Shown: positions 1-12,587 of the stretch, piece by piece
How the letters are laid out: every line of letters starts with the position of its first letter
How positions within the stretch are numbered: the first letter of the stretch is position 1
NCBI GenBank assembly: GCA_036172245.1
Contig: JAYWIR010000086.1
Span: 248,001 to 300,352 of the forward strand
DNA length: 52,352 nucleotides
Direction: 5' to 3'
DNA from: Raillietiella orientalis
Taxonomy: Eukaryota
Position numbers and translations under genes: made by a program
Notes under the pieces: generated by a model
Database searches by the model: none
Told to the model about the DNA's origin: nothing
What the model saw: only the letters and a program-made list of their open reading frames with translations

Positions 1-379
1 TGGGGTTAGCAGATGGAACGAATACTCCGCCACGCGTCACGTGACGAAGAGGGCCTCAGGCCGAACGAGGGTAGCGGATGCCTGCTTGCCTGTTTGTTTC
101 AATATCGTTCCTTTACGGAGTCCCGAACGTCATGACCCGAATTTTCTGATACGGAAGTAAGTCTTGAAAGTCTAAAAAATCTCCACATCTTCGAATGACC
201 CGGTCAGACCGCGGTCTTTAGGGTCATAAGAAACTAGTAAGAAGAGATTGGTCTCCAGATTGGGCAGTCGCCTTAGGGGAAAAGAAAGAAGGGAAAGAAG
301 GGGGGAAAGCGAAAGACGGAGCGTATCGGTCGGAAATGGCCGAACGAGCGGGGCAGAGACGCGCAAAAACAGCCGAAAG

Positions 380-730
380 CGCGGAAGCGTCCGCGGAACA
401 CGCAGGCTTCGGGTGGCACCCTGAGGCAACGCGGAGGAATGGCTTGGGCGATCCCCTTCCGCCTGTGTTGCGTTCCGATCCGCTGCCCTCCCCCGGGAGA
501 GAGTCGACCGCCGCCCGTTTCGCCGCTGCCTCCTGCTTGTTCCTCCGCCCTCGCCCCCGCCGGACGGTGCGTTCGAACCCTCTCCAGGAGATGTCGCGCA
601 ACGGGGTCGCGCGCGCACGGCCCAGTACGGGAGCACGGGGCCCGCTCGCGTGTCCTTGCCACCCTTTCGGGGCAGGAGCGGCGCGTGCCGTCCTGTCACT
701 GCTTTTCCCATTTGAGGGGGCCAGAGGAAC
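380..730 (-). pseudogene. H2B: decayed histone H2B relic
   Basis: RNGRRSTLSRGR ~ HYNKRSTITSRE; DISWRGFERT ~ GISSK..FERI; divergent from the H4 relic at 1127. Confidence 0.5.
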
Positions 731-1126
731 GGCTTCCCCTCCCCCGACGTTCCATCGAGCGAGCGCCAGGTGGGAGGTCAGCCCGCCCGGCCACCGAAAC
801 TCACGCGACCGGGAGGGGAGGAACAGCGTAGTTATCGCTTGCGGTGGCGACAGAGGCAGGCGATCTTGCGCGGATTCAGAGCATCCCATGCCGGAAAAAG
901 AATCGGCTCGGTAGCCAAGGTTGACTTCCGCGCGGGGCGCTCTTCTGGCGGTCGGGGGAGGGGGGGAGGGGAATGTCTCGATTCAGCGCTCGCCTCAAAA
1001 GCTCGCTCTCGTCCCGGTGGGTGGGGCTACGCATCTCCTCCGAGGGAGGAGGGTTCCCCGCTCGACGAGACCCGCGTGACGTGTCTGGTCGGTCCGATCG
1101 TGAGCGGTTAATTACGCCACTACTGA

Positions 1127-1440
1127 TTGTCCGGGCACCGACAAAGGAGATGGGGTAGGAAGAGAGGGAGACACTGCTTATGGCATGAAGACAATGGGGA
1201 GGTCGCGGATGATCCGGAAACCCTTTTTCAGGAGGGTCCTAATGAGGCGAGGTCAAGCGCCTCTGCAATCACGTGGTGCATCGAACATTCCAGAATACCC
1301 GAACCGTCCTCGAGCGGATCAGGAATGCCTGGGTGACCCACGTGCACAAGGAGTCCCCAGGTGCTGCTGCAACCCGCTCCAGGTACTCGTGACGCTGGTG
1401 CCCGCGGGGCGTCAGGGGAGAGTCAGCGGGTCACCTTCCC
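1127..1440 (+). pseudogene. H4: decayed histone H4 relic
   Basis: TTG-SGHR start; MIRKPFFRRVLMRRG ~ [28 protein letters not shown] ~ [25 protein letters not shown] ~ [11 protein letters not shown]; frameshifted. Confidence 0.75.
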
Positions 1441-1579
1441 CATGTGACACCCTTCCCTGGCTGTCGGCCGTGGGCTCCTCCGACACACAGGATGTGAGAT
1501 GATCTGGGGCGGAGGTCGGGGATACCTGCTCCGGGAATGCAGGGACCAACCAAAGGGCGCGGTGGGCGGACGGGTGGGC

Positions 1580-1620
1580 GGAGAGATGAGCGCTCGGATG
1601 GATCGAGTGCTCATCTCTCC
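1580..1620. repeat. 17-bp inverted repeat / hairpin
   Basis: GGAGAGATGAGCGCTCG (1580-1596) and CGAGTGCTCATCTCTCC (1604-1620), one G.T pair, 7-nt loop. Confidence 0.85.
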
Positions 1621-1659
1621 TCGCGGCAAGGACGGGAAGAGCCGCCAAGGAAGGTGTAA

Positions 1660-2150
1660 GATCAGCTCATGGCGCAAAACATCATGGAACAGGAAGGGAG
1701 GAGGCCGTGCGATCCTCGAGGACAGCTGCACCGCTCCCAACATAGGGGTGAAGCCATCATCAGAGAAGAGCTCGCGACCAGGAAGATTATAGCGCCACCG
1801 CCGGAAAGGCGTCGCGAAGGCTGTAACGCTGTCTCAGGAAAGGCATAGCGAAGGCTGTGGCGCCGCCACGTGAGAGTCAACAATAACTGAGTGAGGACGG
1901 GAATCAAGAATGCACCGGGAACCCTCTGTTTGTCAAGGAGAAGGAGTTCTCTCCCTTCAGGGGTCATTCATCCATTCTTCTAAGGTATTTTCGGGGAGCA
2001 GCCTCCGAGCTCCACAGCATCCAAAAGCGCGCAGCACGCTCTTCCGCAGAGGTCAGCTGGAGATACAGGAGCTCCTTCCCAACAGGGAACTCTCCTTTCG
2101 TTCCCGTGGAAACGGAAAGAGGGCAACCCCCGATCTTTTTTTCCCGGAAC
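1660..2150 (-). pseudogene. H3: decayed histone H3 relic
   Basis: STGTKGEFPVGKELL ~ STGGKAPRKQLA; ALQPS ~ ALQEAS; FLV.ELFSD ~ YLVGLFED. Confidence 0.5.
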
Positions 2151-2559
2151 ACAAAACCTTTGGAGACAGCGGGGACGGCAGCACGACCGAGAGCTAGCGG
2201 CGAAATCGCCGCCTCGCAAGCGCGCGCGCAGCGGGGACGCTTCCATTGGGACACGGGAGGGTATGGGGCACGGGAGCGGTAACTCTTCCCCTCCCCGCCT
2301 CCCCAGCGGGAGAGAGGCGGTAGAGGAGCTTCCTCCCCTGGCACTATCCCCGCGTCTTCTTCATCCAGGCATGCGGATCGTCCCTCCGAGAGAGGGGCTG
2401 TTTCGTGCTTTCGGGATCATCTGGGGTCGAGGGACCCTTCCTGAGGCGCCTCATCGCCAGTCTGCCTCTTACCTTCCCTCCCCTCTCCTAGTTCGTGACG
2501 CGGCTTCCCTCGTCTCGCACGTTTCCAGGAGTCGCTCCAGGCGGCAGGGTTCTCCCATC

Positions 2560-2850
2560 GCCAGAGGGCGAGGGGAGAAAAAACCGGGCGGGAGCCAATC
2601 CCAGGAGTCTCCTTCCCACTCCCTTCCTCACCTGGGGGTCGGGGACCTCGTGAAGCTCTCTCTCCACTCCTGGGGACTCCCGCAGCTGCAGCGCCTCTGG
2701 CGGGGAGCGTCGGCAGCACGGGTCACATCTGAGACGAGCTCTCCTGACCAAGGCGCGTTGCGTCAGGTCAGAGGAGGCCCTCGGGAGCGCTTCCCTCCAC
2801 TTCCCCCAGTTTCATCCATCCGGGCGCATGGCCTCAGAGTGTTTTATTCA
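2560..2850 (+). pseudogene. H1: decayed histone H1 relic
   Basis: PHLGVGDLVKLSL resembles the start of the H1 globular domain; GASGSF-like remnant near 2825; expected position in unit. Confidence 0.35.
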
Positions 2851-3329
2851 GGTTGTGGGGCACGAGTGGGCAGAGTCCGGCGTGACCTGCGTCCGAACGT
2901 GGGCGCAGGGGGAGGAGATGCCCCTCTCTGCCTCCGACCCCTCATAGGGTCTTCGCGATGGTTTCTGCTTGGGTAGGTGAGGGGCGCCCCATTGCTGGCG
3001 CTGCTCTCGGCTGATCTTCCAGGGACGCCGCCGGGTGCCGCAGCCCACCGCCGTCCTTCTTCGAGTGCTGCTGTCACCCGCGCGAAGTTTCCGGATCCTC
3101 AGAGAGGCGCACTGCGAGTTGGGAGGCCACCGCAGACGAAGCGCGTCCCTGCTGAGCGCCCCTCCCCATCACGAGCGACGGATCGCCGGACTTCCGCTAT
3201 CTCCTCGCACCACCAGGACAGCCAGAGAGCGGCTGGTGCTCCCCTAGCGGCGAACGGGAGAGGCGTGAGGCCTACACTCCCCCTTCTCTGCGTCTTCCGG
3301 AGGGCTTGGCTGCGGCGAATGAGCCCCTT

Positions 3330-3720
3330 TGACTTGAGGTGGACTGGTCTGGGGGTCCTTGTCTCTCCCCGAGCCGCTTCCTTGGTACAGCTGATCCCGG
3401 ACGGCAGTCGCTCATCCCCCTGGAGACGGAGGCTGCAACTCTGCAGCGACGTGATCACTATCCCGCGCGCTCTTTGGGGACGCTCTGGAGCGCCGTTTCT
3501 GCTTTTCATCCCTGCCGACACCGTCCCCTGGTCACCCGAATCTAAGGTCACTAGGGGCAAGGTCTTCCATCTCGCTGCCAGCATCGCCTTCCGGACGCTC
3601 AAAGCGACGTGCCCCGTGGCTTGTCCGAGGAGGAGGAACGCCCTCCACCCGGGTCGTGACCTCCTCCTCAACTCCCCCTACGGTCACTTTGCTCGGTTTT
3701 TTCTCCCCCTCCAGCCCCGG
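3330..3720 (-). pseudogene. H2A: decayed histone H2A relic
   Basis: RSRPGWRAF ~ RSSRAGLQF; MLAA.MEDLAPSDLRFG ~ YLAAVMEYLAAEVLELAG. Confidence 0.55.
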
Positions 3721-3989
3721 GACCTTCTCTGCGCGCGGCCACACCCCTGCGCATTTGCGGGGAAAGACCCCGAGGACTTGCGTGCCCTTGCCGGAAGCAA
3801 GGTCATTTGGCTGGCCACCTCCACCTCTCGGTCTAGGCAACCCCCCACCCATCCCGTGCCTCTCACGTTTCCTGAGGCACGCTGGCGGCTTGCTCTGTCT
3901 CTGCTGCGCAGGCGCGACAGGGCGAGGCTCCGTCGGGTCCACCAGCGCCTGCCACCACAGGGACGGCGGTCACCTAGGAATTGCCGACT

Positions 3990-4330
3990 TGCCGGAGCGG
4001 CGGCGGCAGCTTCCGCCTCCGACACCGTCGCGGGCTCCGTCTGTCCGACCCCCGGACAGGCGACTCCGGGTTCCCATGGGCTGGGCTCGCCTTGGATCAA
4101 GCTGACGAGAGGCTGGTCGCCTTCCTCCTTCCAGGGGCCGAGCGTGCTACCCTAGCCCTTTAGATGACTCCGTCCGGCTTCCCACTTGGGGCGAGAGACC
4201 CTTCCTCGACCTCCTCCAGGAGCATCCCCCCAGATCCCTTCCTCGTTGCCAAGGTCAAGGCTCATCGTCTGCACTTTCTTTTTTCCTTGTCTTCCGCAGA
4301 CTCGCCGCCGTCGAGCTCCCGCCTTAGTTC
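3990..4330 (-). pseudogene. H2B: decayed histone H2B relic
   Basis: DKEKRKCRR ~ DGKKRKRSR; ATVSEAEAA ~ HAVSEGTKA. Confidence 0.4.
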
Positions 4331-4533
4331 GCCCGGTTCCCGAAGCGGGTCCTGGAAGGAGACGGGGTAGTCAGGGGCCGGGAAGGCCGGCGGCTGGGGA
4401 TGGGGTGAACATTGCAGCCCCGCCGAGACCGCAGCTGCTGTGGCAGACGGTAGGTGGAGAAGCCTCGACAGCTCTCGCCCTCGGTCGTGCGCCAGGTTGA
4501 ATCTTCCCTGGGCTCCGGCCCCTGGCCCCCCGC

Positions 4534-7500
4534 TCACCAGTTCCTCCACTCCTGCCGGGTCACTGTCTCCCCCCACGCATAGGGAGAGGTAGTCTCGGCA
4601 TGCTGGTGGTACTCGTAGATGAGGGCCACCACGGACAGGAAGATGCCAACCAAGACGATGATGAAGACGCCGCCTACATAGGAGGGCAGGAGGTCAAGTG
4701 CGGTCCGAAGGGCCGCCCCACCCCTCTCCGGCGCGCGTGCTAACCGATGTTGTGGATGGTGATGCCCTCGTCCTGGTTGACGGGGTCGCACTCGTTCCTT
4801 TCCGGATTGTTGATCCACCACTTTTCCTTCAGCATCTCCAGCTTCCGCTGGTTCAGCAGCACGAGGATCCTGGTGCGAGGGAGGGCGGGGTCGGAGCGGA
4901 AGAGGAACCCTTTCGCGGCTACCTGGAGAGGCGGGGAAAAGGAAGAGGGAGGGAAGGGGAACGAAAGGAAGAGGAGGAAGTGGAAGGAAGCGAGAAGGAG
5001 GAAGAGGAGGAGGAAGTGGGAGGAAGAGGAGGAAGGGAGGAGGAGGAGCACATTGGAAGCCGTCCCTGAGATGAGGGCTGCTTGCCCGGCCGCCGCCGCA
5101 GCTGTTGCTTCCGGAAATTCCCAAAAGGAAGGAGTGGGGGAAGCGGAGAAAACAACCCACTCCCCGAGGATGGTAGGGGGCCTCTCCCCATGCCGTTCGA
5201 GTGCGCGGGAAGGGGAGAATGGAGGGGAGGGACGATGGGGGTGTGCTGCCACGACTCAGCCGAAAGGCGTGGTTTCCCCCCTTTTTCTCACTGCTGGAGG
5301 AGCCCTTTCCCTCCCACTGCTCCCGGGAGGTCCCTCCCCGCCTCTGAGGCCGCGCGTGGATGACTCACACTTGGTTGATCTGGTTCTTCAGGGGTGACCC
5401 CTGCTGCAGGGCGATTGCGTAGGGCTGCTTGGCGAACTCCTCCCCCACGACCATGAAGGTGCAGTTCCTCATGGCGATGTACCGCAGGAGGGCGGCGTTT
5501 CCTATAAGGGAGGAGCTGGGTGACGCGGAGGAAAGGGGGGGATCACTCCCCATCCCTCAGCGCCTCTCGGAGGAGCGGTCCGAGCTCTCCCTTTCTGAGA
5601 GAGGGGACAGAGAAAATCCCCCCTTTTTCGCCCCCATTCCCTTTTCCCGGAAGGAGCACGATTCCAGGACGGAGGCGAGAGTCGGAGACTCGAGAGGAAA
5701 GTGGGAGGAGGGGATTTTGAAGGGCAAGGAGGATCTCACGTGAATCCTTCCCAGGGGAAGAACTGCCGGAGTCCCGAGGGTCTTTCAGAAGGCGTGTGCC
5801 TTCTTCGGTGGGACCCTCGATGAGTGGTCAACCGAAGACTGCACCTTTGGTCCTCTGGGGGCGACCCCGGAGAGATCGCTCCGGAAATGCCCCCCATAAA
5901 AAAAAGGGGCAAAGGAAAAATTTCGGAATGGGAAAGCGGGGGGTGAAGTAGGGCAGGGAACGAGCAACCCCCTCCGGTTCGCAGCTCGCTCTGCCCGCCT
6001 CCCGTAGCTCCAGCAGAAGGGTGGGGGCTCGGGGAGGGGCTGGATCCCGGCTCACCGATGTAGGCGAACCCTTCCTTTCCGGACTCGGACGCAGCCACTT
6101 TCTCCAGGGCTTCCTCCAGGGTGATGGGAAGCTGTATGGACCGCATCTGGTTCCACAGGCGGCTGTACTTGCTGCTGATGGGGTAGTCCCAGACTGCCAG
6201 CCGGGCCTTCTCGGCAGCGCTGATCTCGTCGTTCAGGCTCATCGACAGCCACACCCTGCAGACGGGACCGTGACGACACCACCCCAGCGAGTCGACTTTC
6301 CTCCCCCTCCCCTCCTCTCGTGCGTGCGCGCGCGCGGCGCCGCTCCGTTTCGACCCCACCCTGATTCCACAACCCCCCTTAGGACACCCCTGGCTCACTT
6401 GTAGAAGCGCTCCTCGATGTACGCCATCTTCTCGAAGTGTCTGGAGTGGGGCGACCCGTTCAGTGGGCCGTACTGGATCTGGTACTGCCCCATGAGGTCA
6501 TCCAGGCTGGAGATGGGGTTGTCCAGGCGGCTAACCGTGAGGAAGGCTGCCAAGTTGGCGGTGTACGAGGCCACAATGATGAAGGAGAAGAGCCACCAGG
6601 TGGCGGACAGGAGGCGCCCGGAGAGCTGCCTGGGAGCCTCCCCACCTCCCTTCCGTGGGAGAAAAGGGGAAGCAGCGTAAGCGCTCCCGCAAGGAGGAGG
6701 AGTTGCCGCCGCCGTCCACGGGAATCCCTTCCCCCTGCCTCCCTCCCCTTTCCCTCTTTCACGGCCGAGTCCTCCGCCTGCTCTCGCCGCGAGGAAGCTG
6801 CTGCTGCTGCTGCTGCAGCCGGCTTCTCCCCTCCGCCCCCCTTCGGAGATCCTCCACGCCCGACGATACCTGTGGGGTCATCGAGGTCATGCAGAACCAC
6901 AGGCTCTCCTTGAGTGTGAAGATCCGCCTCTCAGGCTCGTCGTCCGGCCTGCAGTTCCGGTAGCTGTAGGGGCTGAAGACGTCGAACAGCCAGATGAGGA
7001 GGCTGCGGAGAACCGGGGCCCGGCAGCTGGTGGAGGAACACTCGCAGCGGGAGGGGACGCACCTGATGAGGACGTACGCGCCAGCAATGCAGAACCAGAC
7101 CTCGACCTCCAGCACGGAGAGGAACTTGAAGAGATTGTCCGGAACGCGATTCCTCTTCATCAGGATCGCCATGCCGACGAGCTCGTAGATGGGGATGGTG
7201 AAGTCGACGACGAGCTCCCTGTCGGCCAGCAGGGTCAGGGCAGCCACCGCCATGTCCGCCCTCTTCGAGTGCGTGGTGAACCCTTCCCTCCCTCCTTCTC
7301 CTCCCCCTGCCCTCCCCAAGAGGGCCCGGCGACGCTCACGCGGTTGATGAGCTCCCCGATGGCTCCGTTCCACTTCCGGTCGGCGTCCTGCTCCCCGTGC
7401 TTGTTACCAGGGCTCTCGTACAGGACGTACTCGAACCCCAGGGATTCGCTGATGGCGTCCAGCAGGTCAATGCAGTATCCCGAGTACACGACCCTGCCGT

Positions 7501-10500
7501 CCTCCTGGACGGTCCGCATGACGAAGGGCGGTTGCTGAGGCAACGAGGAGGAGGGCGTCTCGGGTAGCGCGCTCCAGACCCATTCCAACACCACCAACAA
7601 CTACACTGTCACACCGCTCACCACCACGGTCACTACGGTGTACGTAGTGGGCGCCGAAGTCCGGTTCAGCCCCTCTGAGATCAGCGCCAGCCGTGGCGAC
7701 CGCGAGGCCGCCTTCCAGCGCCCGAGGAGGCGCTCTCGGAGCTGACCGCCCTCCAGCGTCTCCAAGCGCAGGATGTCAAACGCGACGTCCAAATAGAACA
7801 CTCCCTGGGCTCCCCTCAGGATGGGCACGAGGGGAAGGGAGTCTCCCCGGACTCCCTGCCCGGAATGCTGGGGAAAGAAGTGAGGGAGGAGATCAGGGCA
7901 AGGTTAGGAGGACTCCGCGCCCTAGTCATCGTTCCCCTCCGATCCCTCCCCTCGCGCCCCATCTCCTCTTCTTTTCATGCCCACTGGAAAGGAAGGAGCC
8001 ACCACCGCGCACTTACGGTGAGGTCCAGGTTCCTCTTCAGGTCCAGAACCTTCCTCTTCCCGGACGCCTGCGGATTGAAGTTCGAGCAGGAGACGTCGGG
8101 CAGGTGCGCTTGCTTGCTGCTGGAACTGGACGAAGCCGCTGCGATGGCCCTCCTACGGGAGAGGCGCTGGGGGAGTGCGCTTCGAGGACGCTTGGAGGAT
8201 GAGGAAGAGCAGGGAGGGAAGGAGGGAAAGGAAGGAAGAAGAAGAGGAACACTGGGGGAAGAGGGAGGGAGGACTTACCTCAGGGAGAGAAGTGAGCGGA
8301 TTACGACGCTCAAGTGGATGAGCACTTGGCAGTCAGACAACTTCCAGAGGAGGTGGGTTGTCTTCAGGTGCTGCACGGCGGGACGGCTGCAGTCAAAGCC
8401 GCTCTGCGGGCCGATGAAGACGACGGACGTGGAGGAGCAGTTGGGGCAGACGATGCTCCCCCTCTCCTACGGGAACAAGTCGCCCGCTGGATCGCGCGGC
8501 TCGGGGAGGAGGAGGAAGAAATGAAAAGGAGGGAAAAGAGGAAAGAAAAAGGAGGGAGGAAGGAGAACGAAGGAAGGAGAAAAAGGAGGAGAAAGAAGAA
8601 GAGGAAGGATGATGGAGGAAGAAAAGGAGGAGGAGGAGGAGGAGGAAAGGGGTGAAGGGAGCAAGAAGAGGAGGAAGAGGGAGAGAAAAGGAGGAAGGGA
8701 GGAAGAGGAGGGAGAAATAAAGGAGAAAAAGGAAGAAGGGAGGAAGTGGAGGGGTCCAAGGAACGGTGGAGGAGCAGGCGGCAGTTGCCTCTGGGCTTCC
8801 TCTCCCTCCTCCTCCTCTCCTCACTCACCGTTGAGAGGAGGAACCACGCGTTGGACCTCTTCAGCATGTTCATTTCTCTGGCCTGCAGAAGGCGTGTGTT
8901 CATGTGAGGGAGTGGAAGATGAGTGGGTAATGGTGGTGGTGGGAGGAGGATGAGAGGAGGAGAGAAGGGAAGGAAGGCGACATGAAATGCTGCTGCTCGC
9001 GAGAGCACCGAGCGTTACCTCCTGCAAGAGGAAGTTCAGAAAGCGGTTGGAGCCGACGACGAAGAGGTTGCTGAATCTCAGGAACACTAGCTGCCTCAGG
9101 AGCTCGTGAACCTCCGTACGGTTGCTCGGAGACACCGGCCAGATCACGTGTCTGCAAGGGACGTTGACCAGCAGGAACTGGTACAGGTGGAGAAGATCTG
9201 CCACGGAAAGAAGAGAGAGAGAAAAAAAAGAGAAGGAGCGGACGAGTGGAGAGAGCATGTCTTCGGAGGCTGGGACGAGACAGCCGCGCGATGCCTGGGA
9301 GCGGCGCACTCACCGAGGTGTGATTCGTAAAGGATAGCCGCGTTCGACATGTTGGTGATGACGGCGATTTCCCGGATGACCTCACACACGGTGTCGTCTA
9401 GAGGGACGATCTGGACCAGGTAATCCTTCGCGTTTGGACCCGAGAAGTTCCACCACCTGCGGGAAAACGCGTTGCCAGGCTGGCTCATCCACCCAGCAGC
9501 CATACGGACTTGGAGGATTCCATCCCCAGGGAAGAGTAGGATACGGTCGGGATGCTGAGCGCGCTGGCTACGGCCTTCACGAACTCGCTGTTGCTGGCCT
9601 TCCTGGTGAAGTCCAAAAGAAGGTCCAGGGGCTTCCCGGAGGACTCCACCTCGTCCAGAACGCAGCAAACTGAAATGGTTTGCAGGGTCACACGGGAAGA
9701 GGCCGGCGTTCTAGCTGCCGCCTCCGGCTGCTCAGCCGGAAGGAGAAACATCCGCACCCTCGGCACGCCGCTGCCGATTCCACCTGACCCTCTCATCGGC
9801 TCCTTCGAGGACAAGGACCAAGCAGCTTCTTCAGAACGACGAGGGAAGCCGCTCTATACTGGAGCGGGAGGGGGGGTTCGCGTACGTTGCAATCCCTCGG
9901 ATGCAGGCACTGCAACCGCAGAACTCCCCTTGCAGGTCAGGTGGCAGTCACTGGCGCGACGCCGCGCCGGTGGATGGCGGACCACTGCGGCTGCGACTCA
10001 TCTTTTCCTGCTACCCACAGGAAAAGATGAGAAGATCCACTCGATTGCGCGGCTCAGGGAGGAGGAGGAGGAGAAGAAAGATGGAGGAGAGGAAGGGAGG
10101 AGGAGAAGAAAGGAAGGAAGGAAAAAGGAGGAGGAAAGGAGAAAGAGGAGGAAAGGAACCGAGTGACACCTTTCCTCCTCTCCCCTTTCCTCACCGAGCG
10201 ACACTGTTCTCTTAGAGGCGCCTCCAAGAAAGGGGAGAGGAGGGGCTCTCGGAACTCCAGGGCAGAGACGGAGCGGAAGCAGCGCCCTGTCTCCTGGCAG
10301 GAAGCAGCGTCGGCAGAGACCCACGGAGAGTACCCGCGCATGCGCTCTCGAAAAAAACTGCCCGTACGTTCGGTGAGATCGTCTTCCTGCGTTGAGGAAT
10401 CGTTGAAGTCCAGGTGGACGGCGCTGAGGCTCATGTTCAGGGTCTCCTTTGCGTATTCGAAGGCGGCCTGAGTCACCTTCTGGATGTCGGAGTCGCCATC

Positions 10501-12587
10501 CGCGAGAGACACTGGAACAAAAAAAAGGGAGGAAAAAAGGGATGAATTCACGTCCGAGGCCGGTGTCACAGTACTGCCGCGAGCTCAGACGGGGAGGACC
10601 GAGACGGGCAGCCGTCAGTGAGGGACCATCCCCCTGGAAGAACGTCATGATGTTCCCACGCCGCTGGGATGCTGCAGGGATCGAAATTCACCTTCCCAGC
10701 TCCCCAAATTTCTCAGGTGGGAAGGATGTTTTCTCCGCAAGCGAGCAGTTCGAGGTTCCCTCGCCTTCGACCCTCGCAGGCGAGTGACCTCTCTTAAAGC
10801 TCTGCCCCTTCCTTCCCTGCTCCTCCCTCGAGGGTGAAAGCAAAAAGAAATAGGGAAGGGCGAACTCGTCCCTCAGCTAGTTTTCCTGGACTCTGCTGCG
10901 GTCTCGAGATCTGGTCCAGTCAGCTCACTGCCCAGAGTCGCTCTCTGGCGCTTCTGGAGCAGAACTGGGTGGAGACACGTCGCCCGCAAGGTACTGCTGC
11001 CGGTACCCAAGGTCCAGCGACGGCAGCGCTTCCTGGGAGGAGGCAGAAAAGCGGCGGCGGCTGAGGCAACGGAGGGAGAAACTTCGATGATGCCGTCGAG
11101 AACGCGTTTTGCTGCCCTTCGTCCCTGGGGCCGTCTCCTCGGGCTCAGAGAGAACTGTCAACTGGACCTCTGTTGGTGGGTTCGGGACGGCCTTTGTCTC
11201 TCTCCACCCTAACCCCCGGACCAAAGCGAGCGTCGTTTGCACAGGAAAGAGAAAAAAAAACTTTCCCTTCTTCCGTACGGCATCGCCATCTTTGGCGCCG
11301 GCAGGAGCTGCACTTGGCTCGGAAGGGGTGGCATTTCCGAGCCACCGGCTGGTCTCTACCAGAAGGAAGAGGAAAGATCTCTCGCACCTGAAGCTTTCGG
11401 ACCACCTCGCGCTTGCCAATAAAGAAAAAAAATTAGGTCGCCTTCCCACCGGAAGAGTCCGACCGGTCGTGTTCCAGGATCACAGTGCTGCGTTTCCCCG
11501 GTGCCAAGTGACTGCCAGGGAGTGCGGAGGAGGAGGGCATGGAATGGTGCCAAATGCTCGAGGCTCACGGTTGCATGGAAACGGAGGGGAACCTCCATCA
11601 ATAATGCAGCGAAATCATGCGAGCCGTCGTGGGCGTGGACACCTGTCGGGGCATGGTGCGGACTGTCATTTTTGTGTCTGGAGGAACCCGACCCGCGCCC
11701 GGAAACAAAGAAACGATCCCTTTGACCCACCTTCATACTGGTGCCCGCTCTTTCTCCCTTCCTTTTCCTCCTTTCCCCTTCCTCCTCTTCGCACCTGCCT
11801 CATCCTCATCCTCCTGCAAGGGAAAGAGGAAGCCTTTGTCCTCGGGGAGCGCGACGACAACGGTCCTCTTGCACCCGCTGATGGAGCTCGCGCCCCCCGG
11901 GGACCACGAAAGAGCGATCTGGACCTCCTCGATAGCGCCTCGAGGTGACTCTCCGCTGACAGAAGAGGTGCGTGGGTGCCCCAGCACGCAGCACGCCTCA
12001 GGAAGGAAGAGCCGTCCCGTGATGGGACGCTCCGGAGAAGGAGGAGGGCGGATCCTCGACCCTCATGGCGAAGAGAGGGGAACGGTTGGGGAAAAGGCAG
12101 TGGTCCAGAAGGACGAAACGGAACTCATGTCCTGGGGGGTCCTTTGGGTGCCCCTGCTGGCACACGGCTCCCACAGGGACTGCGACCTGCACGGGATGGC
12201 CCCTTCCTCTCCTGAAAGGACCTTTCCTAGGAAAGGAACATGATCCCAATAGAAAGGCGAGGAATGTGGAAGGGAGGAAAAGGGAGGAAACGAGAGCTCT
12301 GTGTCTTCCTCCCCCCCCATTCCTACCCGCGTGACCGGCGGGAACGCCGAAGAAGGGAGGGAGAGAAGCGAGGGGAGGTGGGAGGAAGGAGGACGCGTCC
12401 AGTGATCTCCCAAATTCCCCTTCCTGCGTCCTGGGTGGGGTGCCTTGGGGAAGGGAGAGAGGGGAGGGGGGTAGGGAAGGAGACAACAACGTCAATCCTC
12501 ACCGATCCTGAAGCCGTCCGATGGACCCGCAACGCACGCCATTAGCTGAAGGATTAATGCGGCGGCAGCCTCCGTGTTGGCGCTCAT
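4534..12587 (-). CDS. Ir25a: ionotropic receptor co-receptor, IR25a-like (iGluR superfamily), about 903 aa
   Basis: Phase-consistent GT-AG exons: 12587-12503, 10511-10368, 9669-9510, 9456-9314, 9197-9019, 8882-8829, 8466-8279, 8152-8017, 7867-7622, 7534-7340, 7262-7063, 7002-6870, 6649-6399, 6255-6056, 5501-5369, 4869-4745, 4673-4534. Signal-like N-terminus, [25 protein letters not shown] pore, [15 protein letters not shown], co-receptor loop [18 protein letters not shown]. Exon 1 and the stop are less certain (a GTGAGC donor overlaps the TGA). Confidence 0.9.
4900..5060. repeat. GA-rich low-complexity tract in IR25a-like intron
   Basis: Near-pure purine GGA/GAA run on the + strand. Confidence 0.8.
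6778..6818. repeat. short CTG/CAG trinucleotide run in intron
   Basis: gctgctgctgctgctgctgc at about 6798-6817. Confidence 0.7.
8500..8770. repeat. GA-rich low-complexity tract in IR25a-like intron
   Basis: About 270 nt almost entirely G/A on the + strand; similar tracts at 8195-8270 and 10055-10160. Confidence 0.85.
9690..9900 (+). pseudogene. H3: histone H3 3-prime relic inside IR25a-like intron 2
   Basis: [14 protein letters not shown] ~ YLVGLFEDTNLCAI. Confidence 0.45.
10235..10350 (-). pseudogene. H4: histone H4 3-prime relic inside IR25a-like intron 2
   Basis: [26 protein letters not shown] ~ TRG..[22 protein letters not shown]. Confidence 0.5.
10545..11030 (+). pseudogene. H2B: histone H2B relic inside IR25a-like intron 1
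   Basis: QYCRELRR ~ [9 protein letters not shown]; SRDL ~ [19 protein letters not shown] ~ ELAKHAVSEGTKAVTK. Confidence 0.55.
11390..11720 (+). pseudogene. H2A: histone H2A relic inside IR25a-like intron 1
   Basis: [13 protein letters not shown] ~ [27 protein letters not shown] ~ ARDNKKTRIIPRHL. Confidence 0.5.
11900..12250 (-). pseudogene. H1: histone H1 relic inside IR25a-like intron 1
   Basis: [20 protein letters not shown] resembles H1 HPP..MVVAAI.ALKERK; expected position. Confidence 0.3.

Noticed and set aside
2263..4155. Long GC-rich ORFs (237 aa, 392 aa) in the ORF track
   Set aside because: Arg/Pro/Ser-rich with no domains; expected by chance at high GC and overlapping histone relics
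10552..10648. Alternative first exon for the IR25a-like gene (MTFFQGDG...)
   Set aside because: No signal-peptide character and it overlaps an H2B relic; exon 12587-12503 has the right phase and a stronger donor
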